Positions 50,818 to 60,524 of a stretch of 64,000 bases of DNA are shown here, in pieces. The DNA is from Bacillota bacterium (GTDB lineage Bacteria > Bacillota > Ch66 > Ch109), in assembly GCA_050952625.1 (NCBI GenBank), contig JBMNLH010000001.1, forward strand, positions 160,001 through 224,000, written 5' to 3'. Within the stretch, counting starts at the first letter, position 1. Each line of letters starts with the position of its first letter. The notes beneath the pieces are model-generated. The model saw only the letters and a list, made by a program, of their open reading frames with translations, was not told the origin of the DNA and did no database searches. Position numbers and translations under genes: made by a program.

Positions 50818-51159
50818 GTGGGCAGCATTATGGATTGTCTCACAAAAAAGCAAAAAACTATACCCTTATCCGATATTCCTGTGGGGGCCACCGGCGTAAT
50901 TGCCGGCCTTAATCTAAACGGTCTGCTGCGGCGGCGGGTGCTAGATTTGGGGATGGTTCCGGGAACTTTTATTGAATGCCTTCGCCAAAGCCCGTCTGGC
51001 GACCCGACTGCCTATCGGGTAAGGGGAACCACCATTGCTTTGCGCCGGGAGAGTACCGATCAGATAGCAGTCTATCAACTCAAAATGGGACCAGGAACCT
51101 GTCCTCCTGTTCCGGGAAAAAAGGGTAGCTTGGACATGAGAAATGTTTACCAGCCATAA
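50818..51159 (+). CDS. feoA: Ferrous iron transport protein A
   Basis: RRRVLDLGMVPGT, SPSGDPTAYRVRGTTIALR; C-terminal tail derived from a repeat. Confidence 0.9.
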   Translation: MGSIMDCLTKKQKTIPLSDIPVGATGVIAGLNLNGLLRRRVLDLGMVPGTFIECLRQSPSGDPTAYRVRGTTIALRRESTDQIAVYQLKMGPGTCPPVPGKKGSLDMRNVYQP

Positions 51160-51197
51160 GAACCGTCCCCGTGGTAAGAAAGAGGGGTAGCAGACAC

Positions 51198-51992
51198 ATG
51201 AGAAATGAGAGGCAGCTAAAGATGCTGGCGGAGTACTTTGGGATTACCCCGAAAAAGGACCAGTACATTGTTGCTTTAGCCGGCAACCCCAATGTGGGTA
51301 AGAGTACGGTTTTTAATGCTTTAACCGGACTGCGCCAACATACGGGCAACTGGCCAGGCAAAACAGTGAATAACGCCCAGGGAAGCTTTAATTTTAAGAA
51401 TAAATCTTTTTTGCTGGTTGACTTGCCGGGGACCTATTCCTTATTAGCTCATTCGGTGGAAGAAGAAATCGCCCGCGACTTCATTTGCTTCGGGCAGCCG
51501 GATCTGACCATTGTTGTTCTGGCCGCCTCTTCCCTGGAACGCAATCTAAATCTCGCTTTGCAAGTTTTGGAAATCACCCCCCGGGTAGTAGTCTGTGTCA
51601 ATTTGTTGGATGAAGCGAAAAAAAACAACATTCACGTAGACCTAAAAGCTTTGAGTAAAAGGTTGGGAGTCCCAGCCATTGGGACAGTGGCTCGAACCGG
51701 TCAAGGGCTGGATGAATTACTTGAGGCTGTGGCGGCCAGAATTGAAGACCCCGGAACCAATCAACCGCGACAAGTTGTTTATGCCCAAGAAGTGGAAGAA
51801 ATAGTCGCATTCCTCATCCCCCAAGTTCAACAGCTAGTCGGTACCGCCATTAACCCTCGCTGGCTGGCCCTTCGTTTGTTAGATAGTGACTGGACGTTTA
51901 TTGAAAAAATTGCTCAATACCTTAATTTCCAGCCGAGTTTGGCGATGAGTTTGGAAATGAGTTTTGATCAGCACCTGGAGGCAGCGATATGA
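51198..51992 (+). CDS. feoB: FeoB N-terminal GTPase (split FeoB)
   Basis: GNPNVGKS, GNWPGKT, DLPGTYS, NLLD. Confidence 0.9.
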   Translation: MRNERQLKMLAEYFGITPKKDQYIVALAGNPNVGKSTVFNALTGLRQHTGNWPGKTVNNAQGSFNFKNKSFLLVDLPGTYSLLAHSVEEEIARDFICFGQPDLTIVVLAASSLERNLNLALQVLEITPRVVVCVNLLDEAKKNNIHVDLKALSKRLGVPAIGTVARTGQGLDELLEAVAARIEDPGTNQPRQVVYAQEVEEIVAFLIPQVQQLVGTAINPRWLALRLLDSDWTFIEKIAQYLNFQPSLAMSLEMSFDQHLEAAI

Positions 51993-53395
51993 ACGGGGCT
52001 GAGCCGCTAAAAACCCTGTCCCAGATCTACACCGAAGTAAATAGGATCAGTTATTCAACAAGGATAAACCTAAGTGATCAGATAGTGGCGGATATTTACG
52101 CCAATGCGGAGCAAATAGCGAATGAGGTGGTAGTAAAGAACCCTTTCTCAGCCAGCCGCGATTGGGATGCCCGGTTGGACAATATTCTGACCTCCCACCT
52201 TCTTGGTTATCCGGTGATGATCCTGCTTCTGGGTCTGGTTTTTTGGATTACCCTGCAGGGTGCCAATATTCCTTCCGAAATGCTGGCGACCGTTCTGTTT
52301 GGACTGGAAGGTAAAATAAGTGCCTGGCTTCTTCAAGCCGGGGCCCCGGACTGGTTAAACGGAGTGCTGGTACTGGGTATGTATAAGACTCTAGCCTGGG
52401 TGGTCGCGGTGATGTTGCCGCCGATGGCCATCTTTTTTCCTCTGTTTACTCTGCTTGAGGATCTGGGGTATTTGCCGCGAGTAGCTTTTAATCTGGACAG
52501 CTTATTCAAAAAGGCCAGGTCCTGTGGCAAGCAGGCCTTGACCATGTGTATGGGCTTTGGTTGTAACGCGGCCGGGGTAACTTCTTGCCGGATTATTGAT
52601 TCCCCCAGGGAACGGCTGATTGCTGTCTTAACCAACAACTTTGTTCCTTGTAATGGACGATTTCCTACCTTGCTGGCCATGGCCACCATTTTTGTGGCCG
52701 GAGGCTTGGCCTATTCTGCTCAGATGATCGTGGCGGCGGCTGTTATCACCGGTCTGGTTCTAGTCGGGATCGGGATTACTTTTTTAACTTCCTGGGGTTT
52801 ATCCCGAACAATTCTTCAAGGAGAAGCTTCTGCTTTGATTTTGGAACTGCCCCCTTATCGCCGGCCTCAGATAGGAGCCGTTATCTACCGTTCGATTATT
52901 GATCGCACTATTTTTGTGCTCATGCGAGCGGTGGTGGTCGCGGCTCCAGCCGGGGCCTTGATCTGGATTCTGGGCAACGTGCAGATTGGTCAGCTAAGCA
53001 TCATTGCTCACTTGGCCCACTGGCTAAATCCGTTCGGACAGTTAATTGGACTGGATGGTTTTATTCTCTTAGCCTTTATTTTGGGCTTTCCGGCTAATGA
53101 AATCGTGCTGCCTATTTTACTCATGAGTTACCTGGCTGTCGGGCAAATGACGGAATTTCAAAGCCTCGAAGAATTAAGGCGGCTTTTGGTTAATAACGGC
53201 TGGACCTGGCTAACTGCGGTAAATATGATGTTGTTTTCTCTGCTGCACTGGCCTTGCACCACGACCTTGCTGACTGTTTTCAAGGAAACTAAGAGCCTAA
53301 AATGGACCTTCATGGCTTTTCTGTTGCCTACCGCAATCGCTATTACGGTCTGTTTTTCAGTTGCCCAGTTGGTACGATTCTTGGGATTGATTTAA
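51989..53395 (+). CDS. feoB: FeoB membrane (gate) domain (split FeoB)
   Basis: LEDLGYLPR, GFGCN, VPCNGR, ELPPYRRP, WPCTTTL; own GGAGG RBS and ATGA overlap. Confidence 0.9.
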   Translation: MNGAEPLKTLSQIYTEVNRISYSTRINLSDQIVADIYANAEQIANEVVVKNPFSASRDWDARLDNILTSHLLGYPVMILLLGLVFWITLQGANIPSEMLATVLFGLEGKISAWLLQAGAPDWLNGVLVLGMYKTLAWVVAVMLPPMAIFFPLFTLLEDLGYLPRVAFNLDSLFKKARSCGKQALTMCMGFGCNAAGVTSCRIIDSPRERLIAVLTNNFVPCNGRFPTLLAMATIFVAGGLAYSAQMIVAAAVITGLVLVGIGITFLTSWGLSRTILQGEASALILELPPYRRPQIGAVIYRSIIDRTIFVLMRAVVVAAPAGALIWILGNVQIGQLSIIAHLAHWLNPFGQLIGLDGFILLAFILGFPANEIVLPILLMSYLAVGQMTEFQSLEELRRLLVNNGWTWLTAVNMMLFSLLHWPCTTTLLTVFKETKSLKWTFMAFLLPTAIAITVCFSVAQLVRFLGLI

Positions 53396-53470
53396 CAACA
53401 GGTTTCAGTTGCGCCGAGCAGCATGGGCGATTAATAAGAAAATATCAGGCGAAAAACGACAAGGCTTGAG

Positions 53471-53932
53471 GTGACTAGAATGAGGATATATGAAGATAAG
53501 TTTTATACGGTTCGTGGTTATGCCCTGCTTAGCCAGGAAAATCCTTTAACTCCCAGCCTGGAAGATTACCTGGAGATGATCTGCCGTTTGACGCAGTCTA
53601 AATCATTTGTCCGGTTGAGCGATCTGGCCAGGGCCTTGAATGTTCAGCCCCCGTCTGCTAATAAAATGGTTCAGAAACTGGCTGAGTTAGGTTACATCGA
53701 CTATGAGAAATACGGGTTAATCAAACCAACCAAGTCCGGGCAGGAGTTGGGACGTTATTTCATTGAACGGCACGAAATTATTGAGCGGTTTTTTCAGTTG
53801 ATCGGGGTAACCGAAAACTTATTGGAACAAACAGAGAAAATAGAACATAGCCTTAACGAGCAAACCTTAAAAAAAATAAAATGTTTGGTAGAATATTTAC
53901 AAGTTATGCAACCAGAACTAATTGAGGAATAG
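53471..53932 (+). CDS. DtxR/MntR family metal-dependent repressor
   Basis: SLEDYLEMI, VQPPSANKMVQKL, RHEIIERF, EKIEH. Confidence 0.9.
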   Translation: MTRMRIYEDKFYTVRGYALLSQENPLTPSLEDYLEMICRLTQSKSFVRLSDLARALNVQPPSANKMVQKLAELGYIDYEKYGLIKPTKSGQELGRYFIERHEIIERFFQLIGVTENLLEQTEKIEHSLNEQTLKKIKCLVEYLQVMQPELIEE

Positions 53933-53971
53933 GCGGCCTATCTTTCCGGATTTTTACTTAAAAACAGAAGC

Positions 53972-54046
53972 GAGACAGCAAACCTGTACCCGTGTCTCAT
54001 TGTGAAGTAGTGGGGTCCCGGGACAGCAAACCTGTCCCCGTGTCCC
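53972..54046 (+). repeat. Two REP-like palindromic units
   Basis: GAGACAGCAAACCTGTACCCGTGTCTC and GGGACAGCAAACCTGTCCCCGTGTCCC with compensatory ends; relatives at 23198-23220, 51087-51113, 51153-51175. Confidence 0.75.
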
Positions 54047-54193
54047 ATGAAAGAAATGCCAATCATATAATTAATTAATAGAGAAACTTTGGTCTATAAA
54101 ACTGTCGTAATTTTCTGTGTATATTGAAAGTGTTTATTCTAGATAACCGTATGCTAGAACAAGTAACAAGAACCTGATAAGGAGGGACAGGTT

Positions 54194-55546
54194 ATGTCTC
54201 GAAAGAAAATAGCCATTGATCCTGGTCATGGTGGTGAGGACCGGGTGAATCGGGGGCCGACCGGTTACGTTGAAGCGGACGGGGTCTTGGACATTGCGCT
54301 AAGGCTTAAGCCTCTTTTACTCGACGCGTTTGATGTTTATTTAACCCGTGAATCGGATATAACTGTAGCCTTGAATGATCGCCCGGCTAAGGCGAATAAT
54401 TGGGGGGCGGATCTTTTGGTCAGCATTCACACTAATGCTGCCTCGCCGGAAGCCCAGGGCGTTGAAACCTGGCACAGTAAAAATGGTGAATGGGGCACCG
54501 TTTTTCAGGCCGAGGCCAGGCAGGTTGCCCTGATCGTGCAAGAAGAGTTAGTCAGAGCTACCGGCTTAAAAGATCGGGGCATAAAAACCCGGTTGGTCGA
54601 TCGCCGAGATTCTCCGATCTATGGCCTGGACTATTACGCGGTCATCCGGCGGGCTAAGTGCCCAGCCCTTATTATCGAGGCCGGTTTTCATACCAACCCT
54701 TTGGAAGAGGCTAGGTTGAAAACCGCTGATTTCCGACAGAAGGTAGCGGAGGCCATTGCCGCAGGTTTGAAAAAGGCGTATCAGGTTAAAGGTGATGACG
54801 AAAGCAATCTAACCCCCATTAAAGGGAGGGCTCAGGCGACCAGAGATCAGGCCAAGACGTGGCTCCAGCAGAAAGCTCCCGATTGGGTTTTCCTGGTGGA
54901 TCTCTACTGGGATATCGCCCCGGCATATGGCCTCCGGCCGGAAGTAGCCCTTTGCCAGGCCTGTAAAGAAACGGGCTTTTTCCGCTTTGGGGGACTGGTC
55001 CAGCCCTGGCAGAACAATTTCTGCGGTCTGGCAGCCACCGGTCAAGCCAGCGATGGGGATACTCCCCTGTACGGGGCCGAGCCGAATCGGGTCCGTTTTG
55101 AGAAGAATATCCATGGGGCGATTTTTATTGACCGGCCAACCGGGGTTGAGGCCCACTTGCAGCACCTATTCGCTTATGCTTCGGATGAGCCGCTGCCGGC
55201 CGGCAAGGTTTTGCTGAGCCCGCGGTTTAAGCTGGTTAAACGCGGTTCCGCTCCTTATGTCGAATACCTGGGGGCCGCGGAAAACCCAACTGGGGTTGGT
55301 TGGGCCTATCCTGGGGTAGATTATGGTCAAAGTATTGTTCGTGATTACCTTACCTTGTTGCTGCGGACCTCGCCGCCAGTTTCTCCACCATTTACTCCGC
55401 CGCAAGATCCAAGTCGGGGTGAGACTATCCGCGAATTGGAGGGCCGGGTTAATCTGCTGCAACAGGAACTTGGCCAGGTGAAAGATGAGTTGACCAAATA
55501 CCGGCAGGCGGTAGGGGCGATCCAAGAGATTGTAAAGGGGTTATAA
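54194..55546 (+). CDS. N-acetylmuramoyl-L-alanine amidase (Amidase_3) fused to a glucosaminidase-like domain
   Basis: IDPGHGG, VSIHTNA, IIEAGF; second domain QACKETGFFRFGG..QNNFCGL; C-terminal coiled coil. Confidence 0.88.
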   Translation: MSRKKIAIDPGHGGEDRVNRGPTGYVEADGVLDIALRLKPLLLDAFDVYLTRESDITVALNDRPAKANNWGADLLVSIHTNAASPEAQGVETWHSKNGEWGTVFQAEARQVALIVQEELVRATGLKDRGIKTRLVDRRDSPIYGLDYYAVIRRAKCPALIIEAGFHTNPLEEARLKTADFRQKVAEAIAAGLKKAYQVKGDDESNLTPIKGRAQATRDQAKTWLQQKAPDWVFLVDLYWDIAPAYGLRPEVALCQACKETGFFRFGGLVQPWQNNFCGLAATGQASDGDTPLYGAEPNRVRFEKNIHGAIFIDRPTGVEAHLQHLFAYASDEPLPAGKVLLSPRFKLVKRGSAPYVEYLGAAENPTGVGWAYPGVDYGQSIVRDYLTLLLRTSPPVSPPFTPPQDPSRGETIRELEGRVNLLQQELGQVKDELTKYRQAVGAIQEIVKGL

Positions 55547-55686
55547 CCCTTCTTAATGCTCGCTTTCTTTAAGATTTATCAATTGCTAATTTGCAATCAT
55601 GTTCTGATGATGCTGCCCAAGCAGCAACATCAGAACATAAAGTATTTCAAACTAAGGTTAGCGTTTGGTGGTTTGGATCACGCTAA

Positions 55687-55801
55687 ATTATTTGAATCAA
55701 TAGACTCACACTTCTGTAAGTGGGGGTTGCCTTGTTTAAACTTCAGGTGAGTAGAGTCCCCATCTGAAGCCTCGATGTTCAGCGAAGCTGAACGAGTTCA
55801 C
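55687..55801 (+). mobile_element. Full copy of the ~115-bp element
   Basis: TTATTTGAATCAATAGACTCACACTTCTGTAAGTG...GCTGAACGAGTTCAC. Confidence 0.85.
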
Positions 55802-55812
55802 TTGCAAAGTAG

Positions 55813-56316
55813 TTAGGGTAGCTTGTTTTGGGCTAAAACCGTAACGTAGACGTCAATCTGGTCAGTCACCACGATTAAATCAACTTCCTGAAGATAGACC
55901 TGCTGATTAAACGTTATTTCTCGGCCATCAAGGACAAGGGCGATCTGAGGATAATTTAGTTTAGAGAGCTCTTGTCCAATTAAACTGGCTAGTCTTTCTT
56001 TGGAATTTTTAATTACCTCTATTTCAATTTGTTCTTGTTCTAATTTGGTTAGATTTAGGTTGTTTAAGCCGTTATCGTCAATAGCCACATGAATATCTAT
56101 ATTTGTTAGCCGTCTATTCTTTTGTTCAGCCAGGTTTTTCTTGAGTTCGGCCAATTCTTTTTGACAACTGCCTAATTGCCCTTCCAGCTCTTTTTTATTT
56201 AGATGCAATTCATCTATTTGGTAACCGATAAAGATGTTTATGGCCGCACTGCCGAGAGCCAGCCCGATAATAAATGCAGCTAACATTGGCAGTAGCCGGC
56301 TATTAATTTTTGCCAA
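55813..56316 (-). CDS. Sporulation membrane protein YtrI-like
   Basis: N-terminal TM helix (AAFIIGLALG), coiled coil, downstream of ytrH. Confidence 0.65.
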   Translation of the reverse strand: MAKINSRLLPMLAAFIIGLALGSAAINIFIGYQIDELHLNKKELEGQLGSCQKELAELKKNLAEQKNRRLTNIDIHVAIDDNGLNNLNLTKLEQEQIEIEVIKNSKERLASLIGQELSKLNYPQIALVLDGREITFNQQVYLQEVDLIVVTDQIDVYVTVLAQNKLP

Positions 56317-56629
56317 GACTTAAATTCACCACCACAAAGTATCCAAGGTGAGCTCCAGCAAAACTGCTTAGAATAAAGAATAGCTGTTTGACTACTGCTT
56401 TAATATCTCCTTGCAGGATACCAGATTCTAGGATTTCAAAAGTTGAGAAGGAACCGCCGATCGCGGCAACAACTGCCCAGATTTTGATTTCCTTGGCCAA
56501 AGTGAGCATGATGGCCACTGGTGGCTCCCGAAAAAGCAAGGCAGCCAGTGATCCCATGGTACAAGCTCCCAGCATAATTCCGAAAGCAGTGAAGAAAACA
56601 AGGGCCATCTTAGGGAAAAAGGCATGCAA
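56303..56629 (-). CDS. ytrH: YtrH family sporulation protein
   Basis: FFTAFGIMLG, IKIWAVVAAIGGSF, FAGAHLG. Confidence 0.85.
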   Translation of the reverse strand: MHAFFPKMALVFFTAFGIMLGACTMGSLAALLFREPPVAIMLTLAKEIKIWAVVAAIGGSFSTFEILESGILQGDIKAVVKQLFFILSSFAGAHLGYFVVVNLSLGKN

Positions 56630-56961
56630 AGTAACGCACCCTTTCGTCGAAATAATGTTAATTATGGACGTAGAGGATTAGTTATGGTAATATTTGAAAA
56701 ATGGATAAAATAAGTTCCTTATCTTAGATTTATATGTTCTAATTAGTGGGCTAAGAAGTCTTTCGTCTTTCTTGCTTTATAAGCATAAGCAGCCTTGCTT
56801 GACAATTGTCCATCAAGCAGTCTTCCGCCTCTAAGATGTTTTGCCCGAGAAGCGAGAGCGAAGTCAGAGATAATAAAAATAACGCAAGGGTAAAGGTAAA
56901 GGCTTAAGTTTGGGAAGAATAGTCAACAACGGTAGTTGGATAGGAAGGAGAGAGAGCGGTA

Positions 56962-57189
56962 ATGAGTGAAACGATTATCTACACCAAGACCGGTTGTCCT
57001 TACTGTGCTCGGACCGTGCAAGAATACAAAGCCAAGAGGATTCAATTTAAAGAGATTAATACCAGCCAGGACCAGGCAGCCCGGCAGCTCTGTCGGGAAA
57101 AGTATGGAGCCAGTAAGGTGCCAGTTGTTGTGCAGGATGGAAAAGTTATTCAAATCGGGGATAGTGCTGGCATGGGATGAGGTCTATAG
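56962..57189 (+). CDS. Glutaredoxin-like protein, probable selenoprotein ending ...GMG-U-GL* (Uxx-star type)
   Basis: CPYC active site, VPVV; TGA at 57178-57180 followed by GGT CTA TAG and a hairpin CCGAC-GGTCA-GTCGG. Confidence 0.75.
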
Positions 57190-57226
57190 TGACCGACGGT
57201 CAGTCGGGTAGCAAAAGCGAGAGAAT

Positions 57227-57259
57227 AATCCCTGGATTCTGGATGGTCCAGGGGTTTTT
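57227..57259 (+). terminator. Terminator after the glutaredoxin gene
   Basis: CCCTGGA...TCCAGGG followed by GTTTTT. Confidence 0.7.
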
Positions 57260-57623
57260 ATTGGAAAAAAATTTGGAATCTTGTAAGTTCGCAAAATAGC
57301 TATAGTTTGTGGATATTCGTCTATAAAGCTGGTTAATAAACAATTATCTAACCGTTTACTATCTAATTTTTTTGGAAATTGAGAAGGAACTCGGATAATT
57401 AATGTCGAATAAATATATTTAGGATACTTTAAAATTATTATAATGTTATTAATAATATTTATCAAAAAGTTGTCAATCAACCATTACCGTAGATGATTGC
57501 GGGTGATAATTGGTTATATTAGGAAGGGAGCTGATTTGTAATGTCCCTAATCCATACTATCTGAATGATTATAACCAATTATTTTGAATGCGTTTTTAAT
57601 TGTTAATAAAGGTGCAATGGATA

Positions 57624-57740
57624 GAAAGGTGGTGTCAGCCTGGTTTCCGGGCAGTATACTTGATGCTGCCGCTCGTTAGTTGAACGAGAGACAAGCCTGA
57701 TTTGACCCGTTCAGCTGAGTCAATCATAGAAACCAGGAGA
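57624..57740 (+). ncRNA. Candidate structured leader RNA (short form) upstream of the Ca-ATPase/ter cluster
   Basis: CCTGGTTTC (57639-57647) pairs with GAAACCAGG (57729-57737), covering most of the AGGAG SD; three internal hairpins; scaffold shared with 37998-38283. Confidence 0.7.
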
Positions 57741-57744
57741 ATAA

Positions 57745-60348
57745 TTGCTAGAGTACAAAGAAATTACTGAACTGACCGGAGAAAAGGGGATCTCTGAGGC
57801 GCAAGCACAAGTAATGCGCCAAAAATTTGGGGTCAACCAGCTTACGCCCCCGGTCAGGGACCCGATTTGGAAACAGTACCTGAGGAATTTTGATGATCCG
57901 ATAATTAAAATTTTATTAGTGGCCGTGGTTGTTTCGACGATTGTCAGTATTTTTCAGGGGTCAGGACTATTAGATACCTTGGCGATTGTAGCAGCCGTAG
58001 CTTTAGCTACTGGTATTGCGTTTATAAATGAGTACCGGAGTAATAAAGAATTTGATGTTTTAAACGCGCAACGCGACGAAATTTTGGTAAAAGTTATTAG
58101 AGACGACAAACCGACGCAAATTCCGACCAAAGACATAGTGGTCGGGGATCTGGTTATGTTAGAAGCCGGAGACGGTGTCCCGGCTGATGGCTGGGTTATT
58201 AATGCTGATGATCTGCACGTTGATGAGTCAGCTTTTACTGGGGAAAGTGAGCCGGTCGCAAAAGATCACGGGGACTCAATTCTCAAGGGGACCTATATTA
58301 CGGCCGGGAAAAGCATGTTGCTTGTCGCTGCTGTTGGCGATGCCACCCAAATGGGCGATATCGCCAAATCTTTAGGGATTGACCGGACCCAAACTCCGTT
58401 AGAACACAAGTTGGAGGTTTTAGCCGGGCAAATTAGTAAGTTCGGCTATATCATGGCAGTACTGATTGCCGTAGCGTTATTCATTCGTGGTGTTTTTCAA
58501 GGAGAAGTGACCGGGCTTAATCTGGAAACTCTAGGTTTTATCCTGCACTACTTCATGATGGCTGTGGTCATAATTGTGGTGGCTGTGCCGGAAGGCCTGC
58601 CCATGAGTGTTGCTTTATCCTTATCCCTGGCGATGCGAAAAATGACGAAAGCAAACAGTTTGGTCAGGCGGATGGTGGCCTGTGAGACGATTGGGTCAGC
58701 GACAATTATCTGTACAGATAAAACCGGCACCCTGACGAAGAATCAGATGGAAGTCCATCAGGGTTCAGTCGATAAACCAGGTCGGCTATCGGGGATACCA
58801 CAGAATACTGCCGAATGGCTGAGTTTAAATGCGGCGGTTAACAGTACGGCTTTTCTGGAACGGAAAAACGATCAGTTAGTTGTCATCGGCAACTCAACCG
58901 AGGGTGCCTTGCTTCGATGGCTGCAGAAATACGATATCGATTACGCCAAAGTGAGACAAGCCCACAATGTTGTTAAACAGATTTTGTTTGACAGTACTCG
59001 GAAAAGAATGTCGACAATCATTGAACTGGATGGCCGGCGTTGGTTGCTGGTCAAAGGCGCACCCGAGGTGGTGGCCGGACTATGCCGGGATCAAGTAGAT
59101 TTAGAGCCGGTTAAAGCTTTGGCCCAACAAGCCATGCGAACCTTAGCATTTGCGCATAAAGAATTGAGTGACCAGGAGGAAAGTGAATCCAATTTAATCT
59201 GGGATGGCTATGTGGGGATCATGGACCAACTGCGGGATGATGTGCCGGAGGCGGTTGAGGCTTGCCAGAGGGCCGGGATCACGGTGCGGATGGTCACCGG
59301 GGATAATGCGGAAACCGCCAAAGCGATTGGTCAGGCAACGGGGATTTTGGGTAACGGACGAGTGATCACGGGATCAGATTTTCGTGCCCTTAATGATGAG
59401 AATCTAGATGGGATGGTTGATGAAATTGAGATTATCGCCCGGGCGGAGCCCATGGATAAACTGCGGTTTGTCCAGGCCTTACAGAGAAAGGGTTATGTGG
59501 TAGCCGTAACCGGCGACGGGACGAACGATGCGCCGGCCTTAAAGAACGCCGACGTTGGTCTGGCCATGGGTAAGGCGGGTACTGAAGTCGCTCGGGAAGC
59601 CAGTGACATTATCCTGTTGGACGATGCCTTCCCAACGATTGCCCGGGCTGTTTGGTGGGGTCGGTCCCTGTATGAGAACATCCAGCGCTTTTTGCAGTTC
59701 CAATTAACAATTAATGTGGGGGCGTTGTTAATTGCTTTTATAGCACCGCTCCTTGGTTTCCCAGCTCCTTTTACAATCATCCAACTCCTGTGGATTAATA
59801 TCGTCATGGATACCTTGGCAGCGTTAGCTCTTTGTTCAGAAGCACCGCATAAGGAGTTACTAAACAAACCGCCGGTCCCTAAAACCGAAAAGATCATTAC
59901 GCCATATATGTGGCGGTCAATTATAATAACCGGCTTGTTCTTGGCGGTGGCCAGCATTGCCCATTTATACACCGGGTTTCTGGGAGGGAATAGTGCGGCA
60001 GAACAAAATACAATTCTTTTTGCCACCTTTATATTTGCTCAAGTCTGGAATGGCTTTAACTGCCGAGCCTTAAATGGAAAAATGCCGCCCTTTTTTCAGG
60101 GCAATCCCACCTTCTTCTGGGTGATGGGGGTAATCGTCATTTCCCAGATTGCGATGGTTCAGTTCGGTGGGGCAATCTTTAATACGGTTCCTTTAAGCTT
60201 AGAAACCTGGCTGAGGATTATTGCTTGTTCCGCCTCTGTGTTGGTTGTTGGGTTTATCCTACGGCTGACGATTCCGCAACCCAAAATTGCACCGGCGTCA
60301 TCTCCGCAGGTGGCACCAATCCATTATTTGCAAAATCCTCAGGAGTGA
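57745..60348 (+). CDS. Calcium-translocating P-type ATPase (P2, PMCA-like)
   Basis: TGES, VAVPEGLP, DKTGTLT, KGAPE, TGDGTNDAPAL, FLQFQLTIN, QLLWINIVMDT. Confidence 0.92.
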   Translation: MLEYKEITELTGEKGISEAQAQVMRQKFGVNQLTPPVRDPIWKQYLRNFDDPIIKILLVAVVVSTIVSIFQGSGLLDTLAIVAAVALATGIAFINEYRSNKEFDVLNAQRDEILVKVIRDDKPTQIPTKDIVVGDLVMLEAGDGVPADGWVINADDLHVDESAFTGESEPVAKDHGDSILKGTYITAGKSMLLVAAVGDATQMGDIAKSLGIDRTQTPLEHKLEVLAGQISKFGYIMAVLIAVALFIRGVFQGEVTGLNLETLGFILHYFMMAVVIIVVAVPEGLPMSVALSLSLAMRKMTKANSLVRRMVACETIGSATIICTDKTGTLTKNQMEVHQGSVDKPGRLSGIPQNTAEWLSLNAAVNSTAFLERKNDQLVVIGNSTEGALLRWLQKYDIDYAKVRQAHNVVKQILFDSTRKRMSTIIELDGRRWLLVKGAPEVVAGLCRDQVDLEPVKALAQQAMRTLAFAHKELSDQEESESNLIWDGYVGIMDQLRDDVPEAVEACQRAGITVRMVTGDNAETAKAIGQATGILGNGRVITGSDFRALNDENLDGMVDEIEIIARAEPMDKLRFVQALQRKGYVVAVTGDGTNDAPALKNADVGLAMGKAGTEVAREASDIILLDDAFPTIARAVWWGRSLYENIQRFLQFQLTINVGALLIAFIAPLLGFPAPFTIIQLLWINIVMDTLAALALCSEAPHKELLNKPPVPKTEKIITPYMWRSIIITGLFLAVASIAHLYTGFLGGNSAAEQNTILFATFIFAQVWNGFNCRALNGKMPPFFQGNPTFFWVMGVIVISQIAMVQFGGAIFNTVPLSLETWLRIIACSASVLVVGFILRLTIPQPKIAPASSPQVAPIHYLQNPQE

Positions 60349-60524
60349 ACTCGTTTGGAGAATTATTTTGAAAAACGTAAGAAACAAACAGTTTAATTGA
60401 AGGCAACGTTTTGAATTAGTTTGAATTAATACTAGCTTTACGAAAGGAGGATTGGCGAACTGGTACAGAGCAGGAGTCAATTAGTGATAAATATTGCATC
60501 AAAAACAAAGGAGGAGTTATTACA

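Noticed and set aside
51989-51992. feoB split as a sequencing frameshift
   Set aside because: Second ORF has its own GGAGG RBS with ATGA overlap, and naturally split FeoB occurs in Firmicutes
60345-60355. GTGAACTCGTT matching the element end at the ATPase stop
   Set aside because: Only 11 bp; cannot be distinguished from chance
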